A DNA stretch of 27,741 nt from positions 1 to 27,741 of the IMG/VR virus record IMGVR_UViG_3300009684_001214, one strand, 5' to 3'. This document shows, piece after piece, positions 1-8,107 of the stretch; the first letter of the stretch is position 1, and every line of letters starts with the position of its first letter. The DNA comes from a virus. Taxonomy: Duplodnaviria; Caudoviricetes. Made by a program: the position numbers and the translations under genes. The notes beneath the pieces are model-generated. The model saw only the letters and a program-made list of their open reading frames with translations. It was not told where the DNA came from and searched no databases.

Positions 1-662
1 CACTCAAGGTGCAGGTTTTCAAGGGGCGCAGGGAAATCAGGGATATCAAGGTGCCCAAGGCAATCAAGGCTTCCAAGGAAATCAAGGTTTCCAGGGATAC
101 CAAGGTAATCAAGGCACTCAAGGCACTCAAGGCACTCAAGGTGCAGGTTTTCAAGGGGCGCAGGGAAATCAGGGATATCAAGGTAATCAAGGCTACCAAG
201 GTTACCAAGGTCGTGATGGTACTGCTGTTAATCAAGGCTTCCAAGGCAATCAAGGTAATCAAGGTCGTGATGGCACTGCTGTTAATCAAGGCTTCCAAGG
301 AAATCAAGGTTTCCAGGGATACCAAGGCAATCAGGGGTATCAAGGTAATCAAGGTTTCCAGGGCAATCAGGGCTTCCAAGGAGCACAAGGTTATCAAGGT
401 GCTCGCGGATTCCAAGGTAATCAGGGATACCAAGGCGATCAGGGATACCAAGGCAATCAGGGCTACCAAGGATTTCAGGGCAATCAAGGCTTCCAGGGCA
501 ATCAGGGCTTCCAGGGCAATCAGGGATTCCAAGGCTTCCAAGGCAATCAAGGATATCAAGGCAATCAAGGATATCAAGGCAATCAAGGATATCAAGGCAA
601 TCAAGGCTTCCAGGGATATCAAGGAGCCAATGGTGCTCAAGGATTCCAAGGCACTCCTGGCA
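1..662 (+). repeat. 9-nt periodic coding repeat (CAAGGN-NNN) encoding collagen-like triplets, with larger internal duplications
   Basis: Recurrent caaggcaat/caaggatat/caaggcttc units. Positions 1-52 are repeated at 133-184, and the GRDGTAVNQG interruption is encoded twice (about 206 and 260). Confidence 0.95.
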
Positions 663-1210
663 CCAACGGAACTGGTAATGGAACTGATAGTACAAAAGTA
701 GCAAAGGCCGGTGATACAATGACTGGTGACTTAACAGTGAATGCCGATCTCTATACATATCGTACTGGTGGTACAACTGGAGTTATCTTTCTCAATAGCG
801 CGGGCAATAGATACTTGTATTATAATGGCACAACCTACGAAATGCCAAGTGCAGGATTAAGTGTTGGTGGTGCAATCACAGCCACTGGTGATATTACTGC
901 ATTTTATAACTCATCCGATCGAAGATTAAAAGAAAACATTGTTAAGATTGCAGGTGCATTGGATAAACTATCTCATATTAACGGATACCATTACAACTAC
1001 ATTAATAAAGATACAAAATTAGTTGGTCTAATGACTCAAGAGATTGAAACAGTTTTACCAGAAGCTGTATACGAACATACTCCTAGAGATGTGAAACCTG
1101 ATGCAGAAAATCCATACAAGGCCATTAGATACGATCTCATTGTTCCATTGTTAGTTGAAGCCGTTAAGGAACTCACTGCTAGAGTTGAAGAACTTGAGAA
1201 AAATAAATAG
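2..1210 (+). CDS. Collagen-like (Gly-X-Gln repeat) tail/head fibre with C-terminal intramolecular chaperone (peptidase S74-like) domain; 5' end outside window
   Basis: Frame 2 is open from the window start and reads TQGAGFQGAQGNQGYQGAQGNQGFQG..., continuing in frame into ORF 719..1210. The C-terminus has S-D-R-R-L-K-E-N-I, G-L-M-T-Q-E-I-E-T-V-L-P-E-A-V and Y-D-L-I-V-P-L-L-V-E-A-V-K-E-L motifs plus a coiled coil, typical of S74 chaperone domains. Confidence 0.9.
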   Translation, partial: TQGAGFQGAQGNQGYQGAQGNQGFQGNQGFQGYQGNQGTQGTQGTQGAGFQGAQGNQGYQGNQGYQGYQGRDGTAVNQGFQGNQGNQGRDGTAVNQGFQGNQGFQGYQGNQGYQGNQGFQGNQGFQGAQGYQGARGFQGNQGYQGDQGYQGNQGYQGFQGNQGFQGNQGFQGNQGFQGFQGNQGYQGNQGYQGNQGYQGNQGFQGYQGANGAQGFQGTPGTNGTGNGTDSTKVAKAGDTMTGDLTVNADLYTYRTGGTTGVIFLNSAGNRYLYYNGTTYEMPSAGLSVGGAITATGDITAFYNSSDRRLKENIVKIAGALDKLSHINGYHYNYINKDTKLVGLMTQEIETVLPEAVYEHTPRDVKPDAENPYKAIRYDLIVPLLVEAVKELTARVEELEKNK

Positions 1211-1223
1211 TCGACCAAGATCA

Positions 1224-1251
1224 TTGACATCAACTCTTGTTAGTGTATAAT
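1224..1251 (+). promoter_or_regulatory. Sigma70-type promoter, probably producing a leaderless mRNA
   Basis: TTGACA (1224-1229), 16 nt, TATAAT (1246-1251); ATG 1259 follows after 7 nt with no Shine-Dalgarno. Confidence 0.8.
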
Positions 1252-1258
1252 TAATAGC

Positions 1259-3943
1259 ATGAAACTTGCTATTATTGACATTATTGGTATACCATATGAT
1301 GGTACTACCGTAGACAAACAAGGACTTGGGGGAAGCGAAAGTGCTGTATCCTTGGTCGCTCGCGAACTCAGTGACATCGGTTTTGATGTCACTGTATTCA
1401 ACAACTGTACAACAGATCATGCTCGCCCTGGTGTGTATGATGGAGTTACATACCTTCCATTAGCAGATCTAGCTAACGATCATGCGTTTGATGTAATCAT
1501 TAGTTCTCGAACTGTAATTCCATTTACTGCACCCGGCGATTATGAACGGCTAGGAGACAACAGAGCATGGCCATTCTATGAGATGCATCTTTATGATAGG
1601 ATTGTAAGTCGAGCAAAAGTTCGTGTGCTATGGATGCATGATACATTTTGTCTTGGTGACAACTTGATCGAAGAACTGGCAGTGGCAAATAGAATCACAG
1701 ATATCTTCACACTTAGTGACTTCCATTTGACCTACGTGGCCAACTGCAATCACGGACGTAGACGTAACTTTGAAGTATTGAAGAATAAGTTTTTCATTAC
1801 ACGCAACGGCGCACGTAACTATCGCAAAGAAGTTGATATCAGCGCTAAAGATCCAGACTTATTTGTCTACAATGCTAGTGTGACCAAAGGTATGATTCCC
1901 CTGGTCAATCTCATATGGCCACATGTCAAGCGTCATATTCCCACTGCTAGATTAAAGATCATTGGTGGCTATTATAGATTCAGCACAGCATCAGAACCAG
2001 ACCAACAAGAAAAAGATTGGCAAGTTATGGCTGCTGATCCCAAACTTGCCAACTTGGGTGTGGAGTTTACAGGAGTTATCACACAACGAGAAATCGCTGA
2101 TATCTTGACTTCCGCCAGCTTTATGATCTACCCATGTGCATTTCCGGAAACATTTGGTATATCTACATTGGAATCACTATTGTACAATACTCCTAGTATC
2201 ACATGTAGATTTGGAGCCTTGGAAGAAATAGCACTAGATGATGCCTGCTATCATATTGACTATGCAGTAGAACCCAATGGGTTATTCCCGGATATCAATA
2301 CGCCCGAGCAAGTTGAAAAGTTTGTAGCCACAACTGTACAGGCTTATCATAACAAGTATCTGCATCAACAGAAGCAATACTATTGCAATATTGTCAAAGA
2401 TATTGCAGGATGGGACAGTGTGGCCATGCAATGGAAACAACATTTTGTCAAGCGGCTAGGTGGGTATTTGTCACGAGAAGACTATCGTGCAGCATCTAAA
2501 ATCAATCATAGAGTGCATAAGGTTTATGGTCGTAGGTTTCACAATGCTATTGAAATGGAAAACTATAAGAGTGGTAATGAACAACCAATTGTAGTTGTTA
2601 GCCCATTTTACAATTGTGACCGGTATATTGAGCAGTGCATTGACAGCGTGGCTTCACAAGACTACGACAATTATATGCATGTATTAATTGATGACTGTAG
2701 TACAGATAGCAGTGCAGATCGTGTGAGAGCCAAGATAGAATCCCTGCCTAAGGAATTGCAGGCCAAGTTTGTATTGATTATTAATCCAGAAAACCGTGGT
2801 GCACCAAGAAATCAAATTGATACACTACGCAGAGTCGCAAACGAAACAGCTATTGTCATGCTGCTGGATGGTGACGATAGTCTGGTAAATGATAATAGTA
2901 TATTTGCTCGTTATAACACCATATATGACGGCACAACAGAATTCACCTATGGTTCGTGCTGGAGCATGACTGATAACATTCCCCTGATCAGTCAGCCTTA
3001 TCCTGAAGCAGTCAAGCAGGCTCGTGCTTATAGACAGCATCACTTTAACTGGATCCTGCCCTACACACACCTGCGAACTTTCAAGAAGAGTCTAATTGAT
3101 AATCTTGATGATAGCCTGTTCAAGGATGATCAGGGCAAGTGGTATCGTGCCGGCGGCGACGGCAGTGTGTTCTACGCCTTAATTGAAGCTGCGGATCCTG
3201 ACAAGGTAAAATGCCTACAGGATGTTGTTTACAATTATAATGACATCAACCCCCTCAATGACTACAAGGTCAATGCAGCAGAGCAGAATCAAACAGCCCA
3301 CGCAATTGTAAACAAAATGACACGATCTAAAAAAAAGATCCTAATAGCAATCCCCACAGCACGTAATATCGAACCTGATACATTTAAAAGTATCTATGAT
3401 TTAGAAGTACCTGATGGATACGAAACTACCTTCCAATATTTCTATGGATACAATATTGATCAAGTTCGCAATCTAATTGCAGACTGGGTAGTTAATGGAT
3501 TTGATTACTTGTTCAGTGTGGATAGCGATATTGCATTCCCACCAGATACCCTGAAACGATTGCTGGCACACGACCGTGACGTAGTAAGTGGATTGTATGT
3601 ACAACGGAAACCAGGACTACACGTATTAGAAATATACGAACCTAACGAATATGGTGGAGTAAATAATATTCCCTTTGAACGTGTCAAGGGACGCGGTCTA
3701 GTAGAGATTGTGGGCTGCGGGTTTGGTTGTGCATTGATCAAGGCCCAAGTAATGCGTGACATTGGATATCCACAATTCAAGTATCATTCTGCCATAGATC
3801 ACGCAAATACCATATCAGAAGACGTGGATTTTTGCAGAAAAGCACGTGATAAAGGCTTTAAATTGTGGGCCGATACCACAATACATTGCAGTCACATTGG
3901 CAGCTTTACTTTTAACATAGACAACGCCATTCAAGCTGTATAG
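1259..3943 (+). CDS. Multidomain glycosyltransferase (GT-B/GT4-like + GT-A/GT2 + second GT-A-like domain)
   Basis: N-terminal GLGGSE and PETFGISTLES (GT4 E-x7-E motif); middle VVSPFYN...IDDCSTD...LDGDD (GT2); C-terminal ILIAIP...FSVDSD...GFGCALI...SEDVDFC (GT-A). Confidence 0.9.
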   Translation: MKLAIIDIIGIPYDGTTVDKQGLGGSESAVSLVARELSDIGFDVTVFNNCTTDHARPGVYDGVTYLPLADLANDHAFDVIISSRTVIPFTAPGDYERLGDNRAWPFYEMHLYDRIVSRAKVRVLWMHDTFCLGDNLIEELAVANRITDIFTLSDFHLTYVANCNHGRRRNFEVLKNKFFITRNGARNYRKEVDISAKDPDLFVYNASVTKGMIPLVNLIWPHVKRHIPTARLKIIGGYYRFSTASEPDQQEKDWQVMAADPKLANLGVEFTGVITQREIADILTSASFMIYPCAFPETFGISTLESLLYNTPSITCRFGALEEIALDDACYHIDYAVEPNGLFPDINTPEQVEKFVATTVQAYHNKYLHQQKQYYCNIVKDIAGWDSVAMQWKQHFVKRLGGYLSREDYRAASKINHRVHKVYGRRFHNAIEMENYKSGNEQPIVVVSPFYNCDRYIEQCIDSVASQDYDNYMHVLIDDCSTDSSADRVRAKIESLPKELQAKFVLIINPENRGAPRNQIDTLRRVANETAIVMLLDGDDSLVNDNSIFARYNTIYDGTTEFTYGSCWSMTDNIPLISQPYPEAVKQARAYRQHHFNWILPYTHLRTFKKSLIDNLDDSLFKDDQGKWYRAGGDGSVFYALIEAADPDKVKCLQDVVYNYNDINPLNDYKVNAAEQNQTAHAIVNKMTRSKKKILIAIPTARNIEPDTFKSIYDLEVPDGYETTFQYFYGYNIDQVRNLIADWVVNGFDYLFSVDSDIAFPPDTLKRLLAHDRDVVSGLYVQRKPGLHVLEIYEPNEYGGVNNIPFERVKGRGLVEIVGCGFGCALIKAQVMRDIGYPQFKYHSAIDHANTISEDVDFCRKARDKGFKLWADTTIHCSHIGSFTFNIDNAIQAV

Positions 3944-3961
3944 AAATATTATATATTTTAC

Positions 3962-3992
3962 AATAAATACTCCATAGCAGGGGGTATTTATT
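3962..3992 (+). promoter_or_regulatory. Late promoter (ATAAATA 3963-3969) embedded in the 5' arm of an RBS-occluding hairpin
   Basis: AATAAATACTCC (3962-3973) pairs with GGGGTATTTATT (3981-3992): 12 bp including one G-U, ending immediately before ATG 3993. Confidence 0.75.
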
Positions 3993-4439
3993 ATGTCACT
4001 ATCAGGAATAACATTTGGACCAGGGATTACATTAGGTACCGGCATTTCTATTGGCGGCAGCACCGGGGGCGGCAACGGCGGTAACGGATCAATACTGTAC
4101 ACAGATATGAATCCACCTATCATACCTGGAAATCAACTACAAGACAGTTCTGCTACAGTCAACGGTACGACTGGATTTACTATTAATAGTAGCGGTGCAA
4201 CGGGTGTTGCAGTTATGAGTCTTTCTGCAAGCAATCAAACATATTTCAATAATTTAGGATTAGGTACACATACTGCAACATTTGGTTCGGGCAGCACACA
4301 TGCTAGCGCAACAGTTACTGTAACAGCTCTTCCAGATGGATCTGGTGGTGGCGGCCCTGGCGGAGCTTCTTTGGTATTCTTTATAGACAATGGAATATCC
4401 TACCCAGCAACATTCAATTTCCCAATCACAATAAGTTAA
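3993..4439 (+). CDS. Hypothetical Gly/Ser/Thr-rich protein, probably virion-associated
   Basis: 148-aa ORF behind a late-type promoter; beta-rich composition; N-terminal GITFGPGITLGTGISIG repeat. Confidence 0.7.
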   Translation: MSLSGITFGPGITLGTGISIGGSTGGGNGGNGSILYTDMNPPIIPGNQLQDSSATVNGTTGFTINSSGATGVAVMSLSASNQTYFNNLGLGTHTATFGSGSTHASATVTVTALPDGSGGGGPGGASLVFFIDNGISYPATFNFPITIS

Positions 4440-4448
4440 GGATCAAAC

Positions 4449-4529
4449 ATGAACACAAATAACCAACCATTGCAACCACATGAGCCAGGCTTTTGGGAAT
4501 TTCATAGCAGCAAATTACCTAAGAAATAA
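4449..4529 (+). CDS. Putative 26-aa micro-ORF (MNTNNQPLQPHEPGFWEFHSSKLPKK)
   Basis: AAGGA RBS just upstream of ATG 4449; fills the gap between two genes, with TAA 4527-4529 five nt before the next ATG. Confidence 0.45.
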   Translation: MNTNNQPLQPHEPGFWEFHSSKLPKK

Positions 4530-4534
4530 AAATC

Positions 4535-5314
4535 ATGGCAGCTAACGGAATATCGACTAGAACAGGTGCCAATCCTGTAGCAACTAAAATCTTGCGCAGG
4601 ACTGAGAAGTTAACCTTGGCTGCAACCAAACGCAGTGATAATACCAAACCTGGATATAGAGTACTAAACAACATCACAGGCACACATACTGCCTATGTAA
4701 ATGGTACAGGTGGGGCACAACTTGCTACTTTATCGGGATCCAAATCAAATGTAGATGGTAGTCCATGGGCAGCAGCACCTGCTAACGGCGGCACCAGTGG
4801 CAGTGTAGATGCATCTGGTTTTTTTGAGCAACAACTAATTGGTGGAACTTATATAGCGTTTGATCAAAGCATATCGGGTCAGCATGTTGTGGCCATTTGC
4901 ACTAACTTTAATGGTAATCCCACACACGGTAGTTATATTAAAGTCAATGGTACAGTTGTGGCCAGTGATTACTCAGTGGCTCCGGACGGTACTGACAATA
5001 GTGTAGGTGGAGGTGTTGGCACTAGGATGACTAGAGGACATACCGTTGTTATTATAAATTCTAGTGGTTCCATAATTAGTAAAACTGTTTACGACACTTA
5101 CGGAACTCCTTCCTTATGCAACAACATGGCCACTGCTCTTCGGGCAATGCCGGCTGGGACCATTGTGGCAATTGGCACGTATGATGCTACCAGTTGTACG
5201 CAGGCATTGAGAGATGCCTTTACAAACTATTTTAATGATATAGATTATACCAATACATGGAATAGTCAACGTAGAAGCCAAATGTTCCTAGGAAAACGTA
5301 ACGGCACATCTTAA
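4535..5314 (+). CDS. Putative virion protein with C-terminal ILEI/PANDER (GG-type lectin-like) domain
   Basis: RGHTVVIIN...YDTYG...MATALRAMPAGTIVAIGTYDA...R-S-x-M-F-L-G-K pattern matches my recollection of the ILEI/PANDER family. Confidence 0.7.
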   Translation: MAANGISTRTGANPVATKILRRTEKLTLAATKRSDNTKPGYRVLNNITGTHTAYVNGTGGAQLATLSGSKSNVDGSPWAAAPANGGTSGSVDASGFFEQQLIGGTYIAFDQSISGQHVVAICTNFNGNPTHGSYIKVNGTVVASDYSVAPDGTDNSVGGGVGTRMTRGHTVVIINSSGSIISKTVYDTYGTPSLCNNMATALRAMPAGTIVAIGTYDATSCTQALRDAFTNYFNDIDYTNTWNSQRRSQMFLGKRNGTS

Positions 5315-5322
5315 AGTTTATA

Positions 5323-5352
5323 CTAAATAATATACCAACTTAACAGGTATAT
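5323..5352 (+). promoter_or_regulatory. Late promoter CTAAATA with weak RBS-covering hairpin
   Basis: CTAAATA 5323-5329; ATATACC (5330-5336) is complementary to GGTATAT (5346-5352) before ATG 5353. Confidence 0.55.
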
Positions 5353-6174
5353 ATGAAAAGAATCGTATTCGCACTGCTCCTAGCAGTTTCTAGCCTAGCC
5401 CATGCATGGGAACAACGTGCTCCACTAGCACTACTATCTTGTCAAATACATAGTCCATACGGTTTTGCTCAAACTAAGAAAACATTAACATCTATCTGTC
5501 GCCAAGGCTACTTATCAGCATATGATGCTGCTGCCAAGATACCTGCTTATGTTGCCTATACTCTAACACCGCCCAATGCGCTGGGCTGTATTGCTCGTAC
5601 CAACGCATTTGCTGCTGATAAGAGTGTTCAGGCAGGCGCAACTCCTGCTGATTATGCAGGTGCTGGATTTGACAAGGGACATATGAGTCCAGATGGTGAT
5701 TTGAGTTGGGATCAGCAGGTAGAATACGAAAGTTTCTTAATGACCAATATGACACCACAAGCACCATCACTAAATCGTGGCATTTGGAAGTTGTTAGAAA
5801 CCAATGTACGCGGTTGGGCTGTAGAACTTAATCAACCCTATACCATATATGTAGGAGCCGTATACAATGCCAAAGACACAAAGATCGGCAATGGAGTGGT
5901 TGTTCCACATGCCTTATACAAGATAGCGATCAATAATCAAACTAAAGAAGTTGCGGGATGGATGTTTCCGCATGTATCACCTTATCCTAATCTAGGTAAT
6001 GACTTGACCAAGTTTCGTTTACCTATTGCACAAATTCAACAACAAGGCGGTGTGACATTCAAGTATCCAGCAGGCGCCAAAGAATTGCAACCAGGAAAAG
6101 AGTGGTCCATAGACTTTGCAGCATTGACTAATGCAAAGCGTGCCAAATGTGGTGCCAATGCAACTGATGATTAA
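5353..6174 (+). CDS. DNA/RNA non-specific endonuclease (NucA/EndoG beta-beta-alpha-metal family) with signal peptide
   Basis: FDKGHMSP (DRGH motif) and SFLMTNMTPQAPSLNRGIWKLLE; N-terminal MKRIVFALLLAVSSLAHA is a classic Sec signal peptide with an A-x-A site. Confidence 0.92.
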   Translation: MKRIVFALLLAVSSLAHAWEQRAPLALLSCQIHSPYGFAQTKKTLTSICRQGYLSAYDAAAKIPAYVAYTLTPPNALGCIARTNAFAADKSVQAGATPADYAGAGFDKGHMSPDGDLSWDQQVEYESFLMTNMTPQAPSLNRGIWKLLETNVRGWAVELNQPYTIYVGAVYNAKDTKIGNGVVVPHALYKIAINNQTKEVAGWMFPHVSPYPNLGNDLTKFRLPIAQIQQQGGVTFKYPAGAKELQPGKEWSIDFAALTNAKRAKCGANATDD

Positions 6175-6180
6175 AAAGAA

Positions 6181-6282
6181 CCCACCTTAGGGACCGTTGT
6201 CGTCACGGGTGTGAGCTTGCTCACACAGGCGTCCGCGCAATTGAACTGTCAGGCGTACTTGACGGGAGATAAAGTAACTCCC
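6181..6282 (+). ncRNA. Candidate structured intergenic RNA, family unknown
   Basis: GC-rich island with consecutive hairpins: CCGT/ACGG (6194-6208), GTGTGAG-CTTG-CTCACAC (6209-6226), GTCAGG-CGTA-CTTGAC (6248-6263), GGGAG/CTCCC (6264-6282). Confidence 0.5.
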
Positions 6283-6283
6283 A

Positions 6284-6290
6284 CTAAATA
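6284..6290 (+). promoter_or_regulatory. T4-late-like promoter CTAAATA
   Basis: Same TAAATA core found before many genes here; only 4 nt before ATG 6295, with no SD. Confidence 0.55.
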
Positions 6291-6294
6291 CACG

Positions 6295-6900
6295 ATGCGA
6301 GCACAAGAATTCATCCCCGAAGGTATACATCAAGATGTGGCTATAGACCCTAGTGATAGAGCGTCTTCTGACCCTTTATATTACCAGTCTATAGACAGCA
6401 GATTTGTTAATAATATGTTGCATCAGCATTATAGAGGTAAAACGGAGATTGATCCAAAATCTCCTGCTGCTGAACGTATTAAAACATTAGACAAAATTTT
6501 TAAAAGATTCAATTTGTCTAAACCAGCAAAAGTTTATACAGGAATACCCGTAAGTGTTGAACATGCTTATAAAAAATACAAAGCTGATCGTTCTAAACCA
6601 ATTAGGTTACACTTACCTGCTTATACTAGTACATCAACTAAGTTGCAACAAGCACACAAATTTGGTTCCGCGGGTGGAAATAATTTACTAATGATAGAAC
6701 TTCCAATTGGAACACCTGCTGTAAGTCTTAAAAAAATAAGTAGGCACGCTCAAGAAAACGAAGTTTTATTACCAAGAGGAATGGACATTGAGGTTCAACC
6801 AACACCAAATGTTATTGAGAAGAATGGCGAAAAAATTTATGTTTGGAAAGCGGTAGCATTAGGTCATTCACCAATACAAATATTTCAGGATAAGGCATGA
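6295..6900 (+). CDS. ADP-ribosyltransferase (R-S-E clade, VIP2/T4 Alt-like); start re-assigned to ATG 6295
   Basis: KVYTGI (strand 1, Arg position is Thr), PAYTSTS (STS motif) and QENEVLLPRG (E-x-E). The upstream GTG extension (6211) runs through a structured GC-rich region, while MRAQEFIPE matches the N-termini of neighbouring genes. Confidence 0.8.
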   Translation: MRAQEFIPEGIHQDVAIDPSDRASSDPLYYQSIDSRFVNNMLHQHYRGKTEIDPKSPAAERIKTLDKIFKRFNLSKPAKVYTGIPVSVEHAYKKYKADRSKPIRLHLPAYTSTSTKLQQAHKFGSAGGNNLLMIELPIGTPAVSLKKISRHAQENEVLLPRGMDIEVQPTPNVIEKNGEKIYVWKAVALGHSPIQIFQDKA

Positions 6901-7706
6901 GAATAACAGAACTATTATCTGAAACTCAAGAGGCAATTGAAAAACTTCCATCTACTGGATATACCGGTGGAAAAAAGTCATTATATGTGCCTACCCAGTT
7001 CAAATCTGATGTTACAAAAGAGTTGCCAGGTGGTAGTGGATACTTATACACAATAGGGCCTGGGCAGTATGGCACTGATATACAAATATGGGATCCTAAA
7101 GGACCGGACTATATCAATTCACAAACGCCGCCGGTCAAGAAACCTCGAGAGTCAGATGGGGCTTATAACGAAAGAGTTCAATATTGGGAGTATGCCAATA
7201 AACGAGCATTAAAAACTCCTGGGCAATTGATTGGCAAATTGTCGATTACACCAGCGGACACAAGGACAAGCCATTTCCCATTACCCAACGCAGTAAGAGT
7301 TGATACTATTACAGTTGATGAAGACTATCGTGGCCGGGGTATTGCTAAAGCATTATACGGTATTGTATTAACTATTATGCAAGTGCCATTGGTTGCTGGA
7401 ACTAGTCAAACAGCCGGCGGCCGTCAAATGTGGGTTAGCCTGGCTAGTATACCCGGCGCTAAGATAAAAGGGTATGTTGGGTTAGAAACTTATGATCTAA
7501 ATTCTCGTAATATTGATACAGTCATGGGTCAATTGGGTGGTGAACATCTTGGCCAGGCCCAAGATGGGGAAAGATTTTTTACATTTGATGTACAACCTAA
7601 CTCAACTGGGAAAGAATTAGAGGCTTATGTCAAAACTTCGTTGAGTAAAATATATGGCAGTGGTCAATATAATTCTGGACTATATGCAACTTGGGGTGGC
7701 GCATGA
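6897..7706 (+). CDS. GNAT-family acetyltransferase domain protein
   Basis: VDTITVDEDYRGRGIAKALY is acetyl-CoA-binding motif A, followed by QTAGGRQMW; ATGA overlap with the upstream gene. Confidence 0.8.
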   Translation: MRITELLSETQEAIEKLPSTGYTGGKKSLYVPTQFKSDVTKELPGGSGYLYTIGPGQYGTDIQIWDPKGPDYINSQTPPVKKPRESDGAYNERVQYWEYANKRALKTPGQLIGKLSITPADTRTSHFPLPNAVRVDTITVDEDYRGRGIAKALYGIVLTIMQVPLVAGTSQTAGGRQMWVSLASIPGAKIKGYVGLETYDLNSRNIDTVMGQLGGEHLGQAQDGERFFTFDVQPNSTGKELEAYVKTSLSKIYGSGQYNSGLYATWGGA

Positions 7707-8107
7707 AAATCACAGAATTATTAATTGAAGGTCAAGAATCTCGAGCAACATTTGTTGACATGTTCAAAAAGTTCCTACCCTTGGCCATGGAAGTTCTAGA
7801 GATTGACAGTCTTCCCAAGATGGACTTTGAACCTGAGATACACACAGGCAGTCAGCCCAGCTTTGGTATGTATGTTAACGGCGAGAAAACTCTACATGTG
7901 GCAATACTTAATCGTCACCCTGTAGATATACTCAGAACAGTAGCACACGAACTAGTTCATTATCGTCAAGACATTAGGGATGAACTCAACGATGAAAGTG
8001 GTGCCACTGGTAGTCCCGAAGAAAATCAAGCACATGAGATAGCCGGAGTTGTTATGCGTCACTTTAATAAACGCTATCCCGAATTCTTACGCAGCAGGCC
8101 AATATAA
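7703..8107 (+). CDS. HExxH zincin-like metallopeptidase domain protein; start re-assigned to ATG 7703
   Basis: ILRTVAHELVHYRQ plus downstream EENQAH; ATGA overlap with the GNAT stop; N-terminus MKITELLIE. Confidence 0.75.
   Translation: MKITELLIEGQESRATFVDMFKKFLPLAMEVLEIDSLPKMDFEPEIHTGSQPSFGMYVNGEKTLHVAILNRHPVDILRTVAHELVHYRQDIRDELNDESGATGSPEENQAHEIAGVVMRHFNKRYPEFLRSRPI

Noticed and set aside
1-662. CRISPR-like or non-coding tandem array
   Set aside because: The period is 9 nt, there are no unique spacers, and it is fully explained as Gly-X-Gln coding sequence.
9-776. ORFs 9..701 (+) and 282..776 (-)
   Set aside because: Shadow frames of the 9-nt collagen repeat; the real frame (+2) is continuous with the chaperone domain.
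6164-6200. CTGATGA hammerhead core at the end of the nuclease gene
   Set aside because: No stem II followed by GAAA could be built, and the bases are explained by the codons for T-D-D.
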